Origin: Rhina ancylostomus
Lineage: Eukaryota
Length of the DNA: 64,000 bases
Assembly (NCBI GenBank): GCA_030265395.1
Contig: JARFYF010000050.1
Span: 26,411,243 to 26,475,242, forward strand
Direction of reading: 5' to 3'
Shown here piece after piece: positions 63,081 to 64,000 of the stretch. Position 1 is the stretch's first letter. Every line of letters starts with the position of its first letter. A program made the position numbers and the translations under genes. Below the pieces are notes generated by a model, which was given only the letters and a program-made list of their open reading frames with translations, was not told the origin of the DNA and did not search any database.

Positions 63081-64000
63081 TATCTATCACACAACCGGTT
63101 CTGGCAGCTCACTTTATCTATGGAAATGGATTTAAAACACAGAAACCACCCCACCATCTTGTTTCTCAATATCTCAGTCAAAAATGCAATCACATAGCAA
63201 TAGCAAAGCAATAACAACCATGTCTGAGTCAACTTAGGTTGGTCCAGAAATTTAGCTGGACACAACCCAGCACGTGTTGAGCTTGTGTGACCTATAGGAC
63301 TTCCATGTTGAATGTACACTGATTACATCATTCCCTATACTTACCTTTGACCCTTTGGATTCTCCCATCCCACCTGTACTGAAGCTTCCATGAACCAATC
63401 TCACCCATGATTCTCACCACTGATTAGCCCCATCTCAGCCTCCCCCAGCCACCACTCCCTGACCTTCCAGTCCCTGACCCTTATATTTTCCAAAATGTCC
63501 AACCCCTGATTGACCATGAGGCCCCAGTCCTCCTCATCACCCATCTAAATTACGGAACCCTGATCAGAACCACCTCTCTTGGTCCATCCTTCTACTCAGA
63601 CACTCCAACTTGCTGCCTGATTGGTTTAATGTCCTTCCAATTCCCCCACCAAACTTCCCACTCTCTGATCTGTCCAGTGTCTCCCAATTCCCCATGGGCC
63701 CAATGGAGATCCTTATCTCTAACGCCCATTCCTTGGCCAGTTGTTTGTGACTCGCCCATTTCCCTAATCATTTACCTTTAGCCAATGCCACCCATGACCT
63801 TTAGCCTCAAGCACTACAAAAGTTTGTGTCCATGGGCTCACAACATAACTGGTCGTAGGTATGAGGATGAGACTGTCCTAGCAGGATGGCCCTGTCAGAA
63901 GGACAACTAAACTGAAGAGATCCTGATCCAATTCCTTTTCTCAAAGTGAGACTGATCCCCAAAGGAAAACAACTTCTGTGCAACTGCTCTACGGTTAAAA

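Overview
Eukaryotic, AT-rich, repeat-dense scaffold sequence with many N-gaps. The repeat complement points to a cartilaginous fish (shark or ray): CR1/HER1-type LINEs, an HE1-like V-SINE, SacSINE1/Deu-like SINEs, and Rex/Babar, L2, RTE, Tx1 and Penelope elements. This taxon call is an inference from repeat families recalled from memory. I found no intact protein-coding gene, rRNA, tRNA or CRISPR array. Almost every ORF in the track with a recognisable motif is a decayed retrotransposon fragment. The most interesting sequence-level signal is a minimal type-I hammerhead-ribozyme-like fold in Penelope terminal repeats. It occurs in several copies whose stems co-vary, and one ~103-bp copy is flanked by a 12-bp target-site duplication. 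Other signals are a Harbinger Myb/SANT relic, twin Tx1 copies truncated at the same base, and clusters of phase-compatible small candidate exons on the minus strand (31.5-32.3, 36-37 and 47.6-48.9 kb) of an unidentified gene. Repeat boundaries were placed by eye and are approximate.
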